This document shows, piece by piece, positions 49,673 to 58,496 of a stretch of 64,000 bases of DNA; position 1 is the stretch's first letter, and each line of letters opens with the position of its first letter. Below the pieces are notes generated by a model. It saw only the letters and a program-made list of their open reading frames with translations, did no database searches and was not told where the DNA came from. The DNA comes from a virus. Location: positions 4,138-68,137 of IMG/VR virus record IMGVR_UViG_3300033142_001406; one strand, given 5' to 3'. The position numbers were made by a program, and so were the translations under genes.

Positions 49673-50526
49673 TAACTTTTACAGCGGGTTCCCCGATCTT
49701 TGCGCTCTTCAATAAAGTAGTTTTGTTTTTTATTACTCTGGATGCGCTTTGCCAGCTCAACTTCAGCAGCCTCCCGATCTTCAAAAACTCTTAGGGCGCG
49801 TTTGCCGCCGACTTTAAGGACAGCGAACGTTGACGGGTCTTTCCACCTTTCTAAGTCTGTACAAATAGGAAGGTGTTCTTCCTCCAGAAGCTTGACGTTC
49901 CGGTGCTCTTCAATACGGTGTTTGAGGTAATCAAGCTGATCAGCTTCTTGCCAAAGCGGAATTGGAATCTGAGTAAAACGGGTCTGCGGATATTCTGGGT
50001 TTGCGTCGGCTTGCTTCTGGTTCCACCCGTCCATAACTGCAATAACAAACAATTGATTAATCTCTATATCCTTGGATTTCTTAGCCATATAAGCGTAAAG
50101 ATTGAGCTGGTTAGTCCACTCGGCTATCTTCTTTTTGACTACTTTGAAGACGTTACACGTTTTGATATCGTAAAGAACATCTTTGCGGATAATATCGGGA
50201 CAGCCGGAAACCTTAGCCCCGTAAACGTCTAAAAATAAACGTTGCTCACATACGTAGCCAGAAAGCAGATTAAGTCCAGCCTCAAAGTGAGAGTGGACAG
50301 CATCCCCTCTGACTCCAGCCAGAGTGCTATTAATTGCTGTTTTTTCTCGTTTAACATACGGATATAACACCTTTAACCGGGCAAGCCGGGTTGAGTCAAT
50401 CAACTCTGTTACGCTGAAATCAGCCTCCCCCTTTGAGTATTTGCCCATATTAGCTATCAGCAAATCAAATACTGGTTTAATATGTTTTACGTCGTCGTAG
50501 TGTTCTGGATATTTAATATTTCTAAT
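49630..50526 (-). CDS. Cas4/RecB-like exonuclease (start extended; probable ATT start)
   Basis: GDAVH, SGCPDII...YDIKT, QLNLYA, C-terminal RCKSYCRFKSLC; AAGGAGGT 6 nt before ATT at 50526. Confidence 0.75.
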   Translation of the reverse strand: MRNIKYPEHYDDVKHIKPVFDLLIANMGKYSKGEADFSVTELIDSTRLARLKVLYPYVKREKTAINSTLAGVRGDAVHSHFEAGLNLLSGYVCEQRLFLDVYGAKVSGCPDIIRKDVLYDIKTCNVFKVVKKKIAEWTNQLNLYAYMAKKSKDIEINQLFVIAVMDGWNQKQADANPEYPQTRFTQIPIPLWQEADQLDYLKHRIEEHRNVKLLEEEHLPICTDLERWKDPSTFAVLKVGGKRALRVFEDREAAEVELAKRIQSNKKQNYFIEERKDRGTRCKSYCRFKSLCEGEEWW

Positions 50527-50571
50527 ATTTATACCTCCTTTGGGGAGCCGATAGGCTCCCTTGGTAAACTG

Positions 50572-51171
50572 TTAGTAAAGCACGTTGTCGTCCAGATCGC
50601 CGCTTCCACCCTTGAGCGCGGAGTTGTCAGACTCTGTTACTTTACCCGAGGCACCCCCCTTGATAAACGCCTCAAAAGACTCAGCATTCTCTAAAAGAAT
50701 CATTCTGATTCCCTCTTGAGTGAGGGTCTTCTTGAGCGCCTTTCCAAACACCTCTTGATTGCTTGCCAGATTGCCAAGCAATTTAACGGATGCCTCAATT
50801 GCTGAAGTGCGGATGATCTCCTCCGGGGATCTGAACTGACCCGCTGCTGGAGACTGAAAACTACCCCCTCCTCTGCTCTTTGATTGAGAAGAGGAGCCTC
50901 CTCCTCCCCCGGCTCCCAGCTTCGAAACCCCTTCAACTTTCCAAAACTGGCCGTCTTTGACCATCTTTATATTGATCTCGTCCCCAGCTTTGAAGTCTCT
51001 GAAATCACTTGCTATATCATCCCAAGTGGGTATGTCCTTTTTCCAAGTGTCTGCGGAATACTGACCACTCTGGTCTTTCTTGTTTCCGACAAGAAATAGT
51101 ACGTCGTAATCCTTCCCGGCTTTTGAGGTTCTCTTTTCTTCAGTTACGTCTTTTGTTAGTTTTACGATCAA
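50572..51171 (-). CDS. Putative single-stranded DNA-binding protein
   Basis: OB-fold-like N-terminus, Gly/Ser linker, acidic tail DLDDNVLY. Confidence 0.6.
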   Translation of the reverse strand: MIVKLTKDVTEEKRTSKAGKDYDVLFLVGNKKDQSGQYSADTWKKDIPTWDDIASDFRDFKAGDEINIKMVKDGQFWKVEGVSKLGAGGGGGSSSQSKSRGGGSFQSPAAGQFRSPEEIIRTSAIEASVKLLGNLASNQEVFGKALKKTLTQEGIRMILLENAESFEAFIKGGASGKVTESDNSALKGGSGDLDDNVLY

Positions 51172-51174
51172 GAT

Positions 51175-51813
51175 TTAGTTTCCTTTTTTTTTGTCTTTGA
51201 TTAGGTATTCGGGGAAAGCAATCTGCTTCAGAATTTCAACGCAGAACTCCCGCCACTCGTACCACTTGTGGTTTTTTCGTTGGTAAATAATATTCTGTAA
51301 AGTCTTATAGTTACAATTGACGAGGCGGGTATAGTGGAAGCCTACCGGGGCGTTTTCGACCGCCCCCTCAAAGTCTCCGCACTCAATATATTCGTTGACG
51401 ATATCCAGAGTGCGTTGGTCAACGTGCTTCCCGCAGTTCTCTTTTTTGATAGCACCCCGTTTTAGAATGGTGTGCATCATACTGTCAGATTGTTTAGTAA
51501 TTCCAACTCGATAGGTATCAAATTGATCCCAGAATTTAAGAGTGGCCTCTACTACAAACCATACTTGGATTGACTCCAAAAACTTATTGTGACCGCCTTG
51601 GGCGTGGGCTAAACTTCTCGCGATTTCTTCTAAGTAAGCCATACTGGGAGGTTTATTTTCTATAACTTCGTTGTTCCGGTAATCAAACGCTGTCATCTCC
51701 CACGCTGGGTGATTGTCGGTTAAAAACATATACTTACGGGAGATATCGTGGCTTAAGCCCAGCCCCAGAAGGGCTTCTTCGTAGCCACGCTCCTCTATAA
51801 CTTTTACTTTCAA
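51175..51813 (-). CDS. ThyX-like protein (divergent)
   Basis: GGHNKFLE...FWDQFDTYRVG...SDSMMH...NYKTLQNIIYQRKNH...EW. Confidence 0.55.
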   Translation of the reverse strand: MKVKVIEERGYEEALLGLGLSHDISRKYMFLTDNHPAWEMTAFDYRNNEVIENKPPSMAYLEEIARSLAHAQGGHNKFLESIQVWFVVEATLKFWDQFDTYRVGITKQSDSMMHTILKRGAIKKENCGKHVDQRTLDIVNEYIECGDFEGAVENAPVGFHYTRLVNCNYKTLQNIIYQRKNHKWYEWREFCVEILKQIAFPEYLIKDKKKGN

Positions 51814-51834
51814 AATTAACCTCCTTTTATTTTT

Positions 51835-51911
51835 TGGAAGACCAGATAGGAGTCGAACCTATATCACCCTGCGTCAAAGGCAGGTGCTCCACCGGATTGA
51901 GCTACTGGCCT
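51835..51911 (-). tRNA. tRNA with anticodon TTG (Gln), CCA encoded
   Basis: AGGCCAG/CTGGTCT acceptor, GCTC/GAGC D stem, CCTGC-CTTTGAC-GCAGG anticodon arm, ATAGG-TTCGACT-CCTAT T arm. Confidence 0.9.
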
Positions 51912-53784
51912 ACGCTGATATTTTCTCTATCTCCCCATAGTTAGGACCCGCTTCCGCGTCCCCAGCCAACCGGACGTTGAAATCGCAACCGAAGTATCGG
52001 CTGATATAGAGAGGGAGTTTACGGAACACATCCAGACAGATCTTAGCTACTGGCTGCACCTCTTCGTTAGGACAATCCAGAACTAACGAATCGTGGACTT
52101 GACAGATAACCAAAGAGGTAAACTCCCCTTTTTTAAGCTCTTTTCGGATCAACAGCATCGCCAAACAAACAATATCGCCGCTGGCGAACCCTTGGACCGG
52201 ATAGTTCTTGATCTGGTTTTCCGAATAGTTCCCCCGAAGATCCCGTTTGAATCTTAGGATGCGACCAGAGGGGAGCTTAAGATATCCGTTTTCCTCAACA
52301 AATTTGATATTTCGATTCTGCCATTCCTTAATTTTAGAATACTTTTGATAGAAGCGGTCTATCGCGATCTGCCACGCTTTACGCGATAATTTGGGCATAT
52401 TGGGATCGTCAAAGAAGCCTTGAGCTGTCCGACCGTAAATCAAACCAAACAGCAAAGCTTTTGCTGCATCCCGAAACTTCGCGTCCCCAAAAAACTTAAT
52501 CGCGTTATCGGTGTGAGCGTCCAGACCGTCAGCGATCTCTTTTATTGCAGTCCAATCTTGCGCAAAAAAGGCAACAACTCTCCACTCGATCTGAGAGAGA
52601 TCGACGTTAAGGATCTGGTCGTAGCGAGGAAGGAAAAGCCTCTTAACCGGGGCTGTACGGCTCTTCGGCAAGTTCTGCCCGTTGGGGTTTGAAGAAGAAA
52701 ATCGGCCAGTATTTGTTGCTGTATTATTAAAGGAAGGGTGGATAATTCCGTTAACAGATTTCTTTGGGAGACCGACAAAATAAGTCCCCCGTTGTTTCTC
52801 AAGCTTGGATCTCTCTTGTAATAATTTGAGTACCCGCTTTTGCCTCTTGTCTTTTGTTTTGAGCTTTGCGAGGACGTTCTTATTTACAAAATAGTACCCG
52901 TCTTTCTTGGTTTGGGACCGGGGGAGGGGGCTGATCCCCAACCCCTCGATTCGGGTTGGTGTGATACACTTTCTTTCGTATTGCTTTATCCGACCACCTT
53001 TTAATTCTCTTTCAACAGTCTCCGTTCCTTCCCGCTTTATAACACCGCCGTAAAGCCCCGCAGACAGCTCGTCGTCAGAGTTTAAGCGGATATCGAAACC
53101 AAACAACCCGATTAGTTCGGAGTCAATATCCGCTATTTTCTCTGCATACTCAGCCGCATACTCTGCGGCCAGCGCGGAGTCAAACCTCATCCCGTTCGTT
53201 TCCACGTCGGCAAGCATACCGACGATCCCACAGTGGAGCCGGACAACTTTAGACAGTCCCTCCTTTCTTATCTGTCCCCGTTGTCTCTGATAAATAGCCA
53301 GTGTGTTGATACAATCTTGCTCTAAATAAGGATTAAGAACGGACAGAGGTATCTCGTCCGTCTCATACCCGCTGTCCCAATAAGTTTTAACAAGATCAAT
53401 TTTATCTGGAATTCCGTATCGTTTGGACAGATAGTCCAGCGACGGGTATTTTATTTGCTGGCCGGATAGAATATATTCTGCCGTCGAAGTGCAGAATACT
53501 TTTGAGTCGGGACAGACCAGCCCGACCGAGCTTAACCAGTACAGATCAAACTTAAAATTGTGGCCGCAGACAAGCGCTGCGTTGTCAATCTCCTTTTGTA
53601 TTTCAGCAAGTTTAACGTTGTCGGGAACAAGGCTGCTATCGACCTCTGAGTGATTAAACACCCACACTTGGGTAGTTCCATCCTCTCTCGCTACCCCAAT
53701 TGAAACGAGAAAAGAATCGTCTAACCAAGGAAGATGATTAGGTTTTTTAGAAGTCTCTACGTCCAGCCCTATACAGTATGTCAA
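51910..53784 (-). CDS. polA: Family A DNA polymerase with 3'-5' exonuclease
   Basis: LDVET, GHNFKFD, TGRFSSSNPNGQN, DLSQIEWR, RDAAKALLFGLIYG, QVHDSLV. Confidence 0.92.
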   Translation of the reverse strand: MTYCIGLDVETSKKPNHLPWLDDSFLVSIGVAREDGTTQVWVFNHSEVDSSLVPDNVKLAEIQKEIDNAALVCGHNFKFDLYWLSSVGLVCPDSKVFCTSTAEYILSGQQIKYPSLDYLSKRYGIPDKIDLVKTYWDSGYETDEIPLSVLNPYLEQDCINTLAIYQRQRGQIRKEGLSKVVRLHCGIVGMLADVETNGMRFDSALAAEYAAEYAEKIADIDSELIGLFGFDIRLNSDDELSAGLYGGVIKREGTETVERELKGGRIKQYERKCITPTRIEGLGISPLPRSQTKKDGYYFVNKNVLAKLKTKDKRQKRVLKLLQERSKLEKQRGTYFVGLPKKSVNGIIHPSFNNTATNTGRFSSSNPNGQNLPKSRTAPVKRLFLPRYDQILNVDLSQIEWRVVAFFAQDWTAIKEIADGLDAHTDNAIKFFGDAKFRDAAKALLFGLIYGRTAQGFFDDPNMPKLSRKAWQIAIDRFYQKYSKIKEWQNRNIKFVEENGYLKLPSGRILRFKRDLRGNYSENQIKNYPVQGFASGDIVCLAMLLIRKELKKGEFTSLVICQVHDSLVLDCPNEEVQPVAKICLDVFRKLPLYISRYFGCDFNVRLAGDAEAGPNYGEIEKISA

Positions 53785-53800
53785 TATTCTCTTTCCTTTT

Positions 53801-53850
53801 TACTTAGTTACTTTCTTACCTACCCTCTTACTCTCTTACTTACTTACTTC
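53801..53850 (-). repeat. Degenerate 4-bp-periodic repeat, inverted copy
   Basis: - strand AAGTAAGTAAGTAAGAGAGTAAGAGGGTAGGTAAGAAAGTAACTAAGTA. Confidence 0.75.
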
Positions 53851-55106
53851 TTTTTGTGGGTACTGATCCGGCAAAGATCTTTGTCGATTCTGGCAACTAT
53901 CGGAACGTTATTGTTGCCGTTGATCTTGTTCTTGGAAACGTAAACATACCTTGTATTTTCGTAGGTTTGCCCTTCCATCTTACCGATACCGATAGCAACA
54001 TCCAGCTCACCTTGAACACCCACTTTAGACTGGTCAATATAGATCATATCGAGCCACTGGCGATTCTGAGCTTTTTTATCTGCTTGACCTATTGTAATAA
54101 GAGTTACTTGGTATTCTTTTGCTAAATCGCGGTAAGCTTCAAATAATTCTTGGAGTCTTTCGTGCTTAGATTCTGTCTTAGACCCGGTTAGCTGGACCTT
54201 CGGTCCTTGATCAATCACGCAGACAACTGGCTTATATTGTTCAAGATATTGCCGAATAGCAGCAATCGTCTTCACCTGCCCGATAGTGACCAGATTCTCA
54301 CCGCCGTTCTCCTTGTAGATCCTATCAGCAGTCTCCGGGTCCTCTGAAATCCGGTCCTTAGTCGCGCCTAACAACGCGCTGTAGGTTCTTAGCCTAAGAC
54401 GCAAGATAGACTCCTCGTTTCCCAGATAGAGCAACTTCTTTTCTGTCCCCCGGAGCTGGTACGCAAAGTGGGACAGCTCAGAAATACAAAACGCAGACTT
54501 GCCCGTTTCTGGCCTCGCAAAAACGTGGATCAGCGTCCCCGGTATCGGGGGGCCTATCACGTCGTTGAGGGGGGCCAGCCGCCACTCCAGCCCCTCCCTC
54601 GGCGTTACGCTCTCTATCAGATCCGCTACACCTAAAGAGCACACCCTCTCGGAGTCTGTCCCCTCTTCTTCTGCTGTGAGTCCCTTTATATTGGTATTGT
54701 ACTGGTCAATTAATTCTCGGACTGCTGGGAGGTTGTTCTCTCCAGTTCCGCTGCTCATAGGAATCATCTCTTGGATGATAGCAGCGCTCACACTCTGAGC
54801 AACCAACTGATCCAAACACTCAAATACCAAGGAAGGATTTGTATCTTTGTGTTTTCTAATATTATCAAAGACTTCGGCGTAAGCCGATTTATCCTTCGTC
54901 GCGGGATTTTCCAGCCAGAAAAGAGTCTCTAACTCCTCCGGTGTGATCTTTTGGGTATCGGAATACTTTTCGTAAAATCTCTTTACGGTGGCGACAGTGC
55001 GTTTAAACACCGCGTCTTGCGCGGGTAACTCACTAATATACTTGATTGTTTTTAGGTAGGTAGGTTTGTCCAGCAAAGCACTTAAGATAATTGCTGTATT
55101 GTCAAT
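53844..55106 (-). CDS. DnaB-like (SF4) helicase (start extended; probable ATT start)
   Basis: ARPETGKS Walker A, GNEE, VIDQ, SKVGVQGELD, KNK; ATT overlaps the upstream TGA. Confidence 0.85.
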   Translation of the reverse strand: MDNTAIILSALLDKPTYLKTIKYISELPAQDAVFKRTVATVKRFYEKYSDTQKITPEELETLFWLENPATKDKSAYAEVFDNIRKHKDTNPSLVFECLDQLVAQSVSAAIIQEMIPMSSGTGENNLPAVRELIDQYNTNIKGLTAEEEGTDSERVCSLGVADLIESVTPREGLEWRLAPLNDVIGPPIPGTLIHVFARPETGKSAFCISELSHFAYQLRGTEKKLLYLGNEESILRLRLRTYSALLGATKDRISEDPETADRIYKENGGENLVTIGQVKTIAAIRQYLEQYKPVVCVIDQGPKVQLTGSKTESKHERLQELFEAYRDLAKEYQVTLITIGQADKKAQNRQWLDMIYIDQSKVGVQGELDVAIGIGKMEGQTYENTRYVYVSKNKINGNNNVPIVARIDKDLCRISTHKKK

Positions 55107-55297
55107 CAGAACCCGAACTCCTCACACACCGCTTTAAGCTCGGCAACAACCTCCGGGTTTGTGGAGTAAACTAAGATTGCCTCGCTGAGATTGTTGCAAG
55201 TATCACAGACTGTTTTCGCGATTCCTTGTAGATTTTCAACGCTGTCTTCTTCGCAGATTCGCTCTAAGTCGTCGAAAATACATTCAATTTCTTCCAT
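55106..55297 (-). CDS. Small acidic hypothetical protein
   Basis: 63 aa, GAGGGGG SD. Confidence 0.65.
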   Translation of the reverse strand: MEEIECIFDDLERICEEDSVENLQGIAKTVCDTCNNLSEAILVYSTNPEVVAELKAVCEEFGF

Positions 55298-55315
55298 ACA
55301 ATTCCCCCCTCTTTT

Positions 55316-56128
55316 TTAAACCAGTTGTTTTTTTATTTCAGAAATACTACACTCTTTTGGATCTGCTTCGGTAAAGACTATTACAGCCCTCGCTCTCCCG
55401 AGCGTGTGGCACCGCCTCAAAAACCCCAAAGCCTCTTTAAATTTGTTGGAATCCAGCCAGATATAAATTTTATTGTCTGCTGGGATGGAGAGTATCAAAT
55501 CGTCCGAGATATACGCGTATAGGAGCGCTATGGCGCGACACGTCCGATTTAATTTGATTGCTGACAAGATATCCTCTACCAGAACAAAGGCTTCACTCTG
55601 TTGATTATCGTGGGTGTCCCCGATAAAGTAAGTTCCGGTTCGCCCTCGCTCCCGGATATTGATATACTTCGGGCGCTCTTTGGTAATCTGTCCGACGTTC
55701 CGGCCCTGCCAGTACCGAAGCACCCCCTCTTGGTAAACTGGGAGGATTACCCGGTCCAGAAACGGAGAGTACCCTATTATATAGTGCTGGATCTCCTTTG
55801 GGGTGATCCCGTACTTCCGAAGCCAGAACATCCCCGCTGGGGGGAGCAACCGCGTGAAATCTTTGGGTAATCGAACGTTGGTCTGGTAAGGATTTGTCTG
55901 CAAATCTTCTTTATTTATAAAGGATATTGTCTGAGCTGGGCTTAGGCCGCTTACTGACCGAAAGCCTCTTAGACCACAGCGGTGACAGTAATACTGCCAT
56001 CCACTTGCTCTACGGGTTATAATTAAGGCTTTGTCTTTTTTGTGCTGAGAGCACTCGGAGTGATAATAACGTATGGGTGCGTCAATTGGGGCTTCTGGAT
56101 CAAATAAACTACTGATCCCGGCACTCAT
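55316..56128 (-). CDS. DNA primase (Zn finger + TOPRIM)
   Basis: HSEC...CHRC, YWQGRN...PKY, VLVEDILSA, WLD, DPK. Confidence 0.8.
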   Translation of the reverse strand: MSAGISSLFDPEAPIDAPIRYYHSECSQHKKDKALIITRRASGWQYYCHRCGLRGFRSVSGLSPAQTISFINKEDLQTNPYQTNVRLPKDFTRLLPPAGMFWLRKYGITPKEIQHYIIGYSPFLDRVILPVYQEGVLRYWQGRNVGQITKERPKYINIRERGRTGTYFIGDTHDNQQSEAFVLVEDILSAIKLNRTCRAIALLYAYISDDLILSIPADNKIYIWLDSNKFKEALGFLRRCHTLGRARAVIVFTEADPKECSISEIKKQLV

Positions 56129-56316
56129 ACTTCGTCTTCGGAAAGTCTGTCTTTTAGGGTGTCTTTTACAATTCGGTTTATAATAGGATAGAGTTCTTCG
56201 AAGAGCTTCTTGTACTCTGGTGGGGCGTTGTTGTGAACGTAAAGACTTGAAAAGACATCGTTTTTGCCTTTTCGTCTCTCCTCAACGCCTACTCGAACCT
56301 CGCAAATAGATTCCAA
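56125..56316 (-). CDS. Hypothetical protein
   Basis: 63 aa, first gene of the replication operon. Confidence 0.6.
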   Translation of the reverse strand: MESICEVRVGVEERRKGKNDVFSSLYVHNNAPPEYKKLFEELYPIINRIVKDTLKDRLSEDEV

Positions 56317-56361
56317 TATTGGCTGTCCCCCTTTGTTTGGGTTGCGTTAAGCATACCCAAC

Positions 56362-56389
56362 AATATATATACAGTTGTGGATAAGTCAA
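56362..56389 (-). promoter_or_regulatory. Sigma70-like promoter containing a consensus DnaA box
   Basis: TTGACT-16-TATATT; TTATCCACA at 56384-56376. Confidence 0.6.
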
Positions 56390-56400
56390 GGGGTGAAGCA

Positions 56401-56433
56401 AAAAAAAAGGAGCGCTTTAAGGCGCTCCTTTTT
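56401..56433. terminator. Bidirectional intrinsic terminator
   Basis: A-tract-GGAGCGC-TTTAAG-GCGCTCC-T-tract. Confidence 0.8.
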
Positions 56434-56473
56434 GTATCTCTAATATTTTCAATTGTTTATCTTTTTCAGCTTT

Positions 56474-56917
56474 TTACAGCTCAGAAGCTTTTAAAAGTTT
56501 CTTGTAGTAGTTCTCACCTTTTTTAGTCAAGTACACCAACACCCCCTTGTTGTAAGTCTTTGGATGCGGGGAAACCCCGAGCAAACCCTTCCCACCCTTT
56601 TTAGTATACGTCCTCGAAGCCAGCTCTGTCACTGTACTGAAAGTACTAAGTGCTTTAATAAGCCTGCTGACGGCAGGCTGGGACAGATCGAAGTGGTGTT
56701 TTATATCATACTGTGTCGTCGGGGCATTCTCAGCGACGTAAAGAAAGATCAAGAACTGCTGGAATCTGTCCCCAAAGGTGCCCCAACCCATAGTCAGAAT
56801 TTTAAAAAAACTTCCGTCGAGTTTTGGGCCTTTGTATCTCAAATCTTCAATTATTTCGTTTGCTTCGCTGTTTTTCTTGTCGGCCTTTTGGGATCTACTT
56901 AAAGCTAAAGGAGACAT
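56474..56917 (-). CDS. MarR-like winged-helix protein, related to the left array
   Basis: QQFLIFLYVAE...TQYDI...LSQPAVSRLIKAL...VYLTKKGENYY. Confidence 0.8.
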   Translation of the reverse strand: MSPLALSRSQKADKKNSEANEIIEDLRYKGPKLDGSFFKILTMGWGTFGDRFQQFLIFLYVAENAPTTQYDIKHHFDLSQPAVSRLIKALSTFSTVTELASRTYTKKGGKGLLGVSPHPKTYNKGVLVYLTKKGENYYKKLLKASEL

Positions 56918-57935
56918 TCACGTCAATTCCTATTCGGTGTTGTTCTGATTTAGGTTCCTCCACCCGTTGCGGGGCAACTTGGACGATTAGAGCTTGTAAT
57001 AGATTGATCAGTTCCGGTGGTATCGCTGGGACGGGTGCTGCCGCTGGCTGCTCCGGGACAGCTACTACAGTCAGCTCTTCTTCAACCACTACTTGGGCCT
57101 CGGGGGGAGTTAGGTATAACTCCTTCGAGGGAAGAATCTCTTCTAATTCCTCAAGTGTTAGGGAGGGTGTTGCCTCCGGTTTAGCAATTATCTCCTCTTC
57201 CTCGCTATCTTCTACTACCTCTTTGGGTAGTTCGATATCAGAAGGAGTCTCTTCAATTACTACTTCTTTTTCAACAACAAAATCTTCAAGCGGCTCTATA
57301 GTCCCCGTAACCTCTTCTTTTTCCACAACTTCTTCGGGTAGCGGCTTGAATATGGGTGATACTCCGCTCGAAAACGCCCCGGAGGAGTAATTCAGTTTAA
57401 GTGCTGGTATTACTTCGTTTATACAATCCAGAGTGAGTCTTTTCGAAGGGGAGTATAGCTCGTTTAACTCTCCGGGAGTTAGTCTGTAGCCGTCTTCGGT
57501 TAGAGTATAAGAGTAGCCACTTCTATTTGTTTTGCGCACTCGCTGAATAAAAACTCCCGTCTCTCGTCTTGATATCTGCGATAGTATTGCTGAGATATTC
57601 GAGCGATTAGTTCTGATCTCGTTTTTCCGCAATACCTTTAGCATCTCCAACGAAGTCGCACCCTCCCCCGACGCTAAAATATTAAATATTCCAATAAGTT
57701 GTTTGTTTTGAATTTCTCCACCCTCCATAATAAATTTCCCTTCAAGCATCCGCTCGTAACGGTGCCGATTAATCTGTCTGTTTGTTAGTCTTTTCGTCCG
57801 TCCCGGCTTGCGGTCTTCGGAATATCTGTTTAAATTATCTTGCCAGTTTCGTTCGGCGTTAGTCACACCAAGGTGGTGGCCACTCCGGTGAGTGGCCTCT
57901 TGGACTACGCTTAGTATCTCTTTACCCTCGCTCAT
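56895..57935 (-). CDS. wHTH-containing protein with an acidic low-complexity C-terminus
   Basis: TSLEML...NISAILSQI...YTLTEDG then an E/P/V-rich tail. Confidence 0.6.
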   Translation of the reverse strand: MSEGKEILSVVQEATHRSGHHLGVTNAERNWQDNLNRYSEDRKPGRTKRLTNRQINRHRYERMLEGKFIMEGGEIQNKQLIGIFNILASGEGATSLEMLKVLRKNEIRTNRSNISAILSQISRRETGVFIQRVRKTNRSGYSYTLTEDGYRLTPGELNELYSPSKRLTLDCINEVIPALKLNYSSGAFSSGVSPIFKPLPEEVVEKEEVTGTIEPLEDFVVEKEVVIEETPSDIELPKEVVEDSEEEEIIAKPEATPSLTLEELEEILPSKELYLTPPEAQVVVEEELTVVAVPEQPAAAPVPAIPPELINLLQALIVQVAPQRVEEPKSEQHRIGIDVNVSFSFK

Positions 57936-58039
57936 ATTATTCAGCCTCTTTGTATTAGATTTCACCCCCGATTGTCGGTATTCGCTATTGCATACCAGAA
58001 TATCTATTATACAATTTCCCAATAAAATCAAGTATTATT

Positions 58040-58309
58040 TTAGTCGATTTGATCTGGATCGCAGATAAGCGCGTCACCAACGATTGGACCGACACCAGCT
58101 TGAACAACCTCAGAAGCCAACAAATTGAGGGGTTTGTTCGTCAGAAGCCCCTCCTCGTCAACAATCATACAGCGGTGATCCTCTGTATAAACGATCTGGA
58201 TCACACTACAGCTAAGTAGCTCGTACAGCTCTTGAAGTTCAAACGTTTTCCCGTTCCTTGGTTCGACCTCTTCCGGGAAACAATTAACTTTTAGTAATAT
58301 CGCTTTCAT
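58040..58309 (-). CDS. DUF3846-like phage protein
   Basis: FELQELY...MIVDEEGLL...NLLAS...IVGDALIC. Confidence 0.7.
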   Translation of the reverse strand: MKAILLKVNCFPEEVEPRNGKTFELQELYELLSCSVIQIVYTEDHRCMIVDEEGLLTNKPLNLLASEVVQAGVGPIVGDALICDPDQID

Positions 58310-58312
58310 ATT

Positions 58313-58495
58313 TTATTCTCCCTTTTTATAGACTTCTCCCTCAAATTCGGGGATAACACCTTGTTTTAGTACAGCCTTTAGTTCCGGGATATCTTCGGTC
58401 CCGAGACAGAGTTTACCGACGTTTTTACCACCGATAAAAACTGTCGTTAACGTGTGTTCCGGGTTTGACGCGTCAAACCTTAGTTTTATTTTCAA
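58313..58495 (-). CDS. Hypothetical protein
   Basis: 60 aa, TTG after GAGG SD. Confidence 0.55.
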   Translation of the reverse strand: MKIKLRFDASNPEHTLTTVFIGGKNVGKLCLGTEDIPELKAVLKQGVIPEFEGEVYKKGE

Positions 58496-58496
58496 A

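Noticed and set aside
49630-50526. Cas4 as evidence of a CRISPR-Cas system
   Set aside because: It is a stand-alone Cas4-like nuclease in a replication module, common in phages
51835-51911. Suppressor tRNA or stop-codon recoding
   Set aside because: The anticodon is TTG rather than CTA or TTA, and genes are intact under the standard bacterial code with TAG, TAA and TGA all used as stops
56824-57390. 188-aa Ser/Thr-rich plus-strand ORF
   Set aside because: Antisense shadow of the Glu-rich tail of 56895-57935
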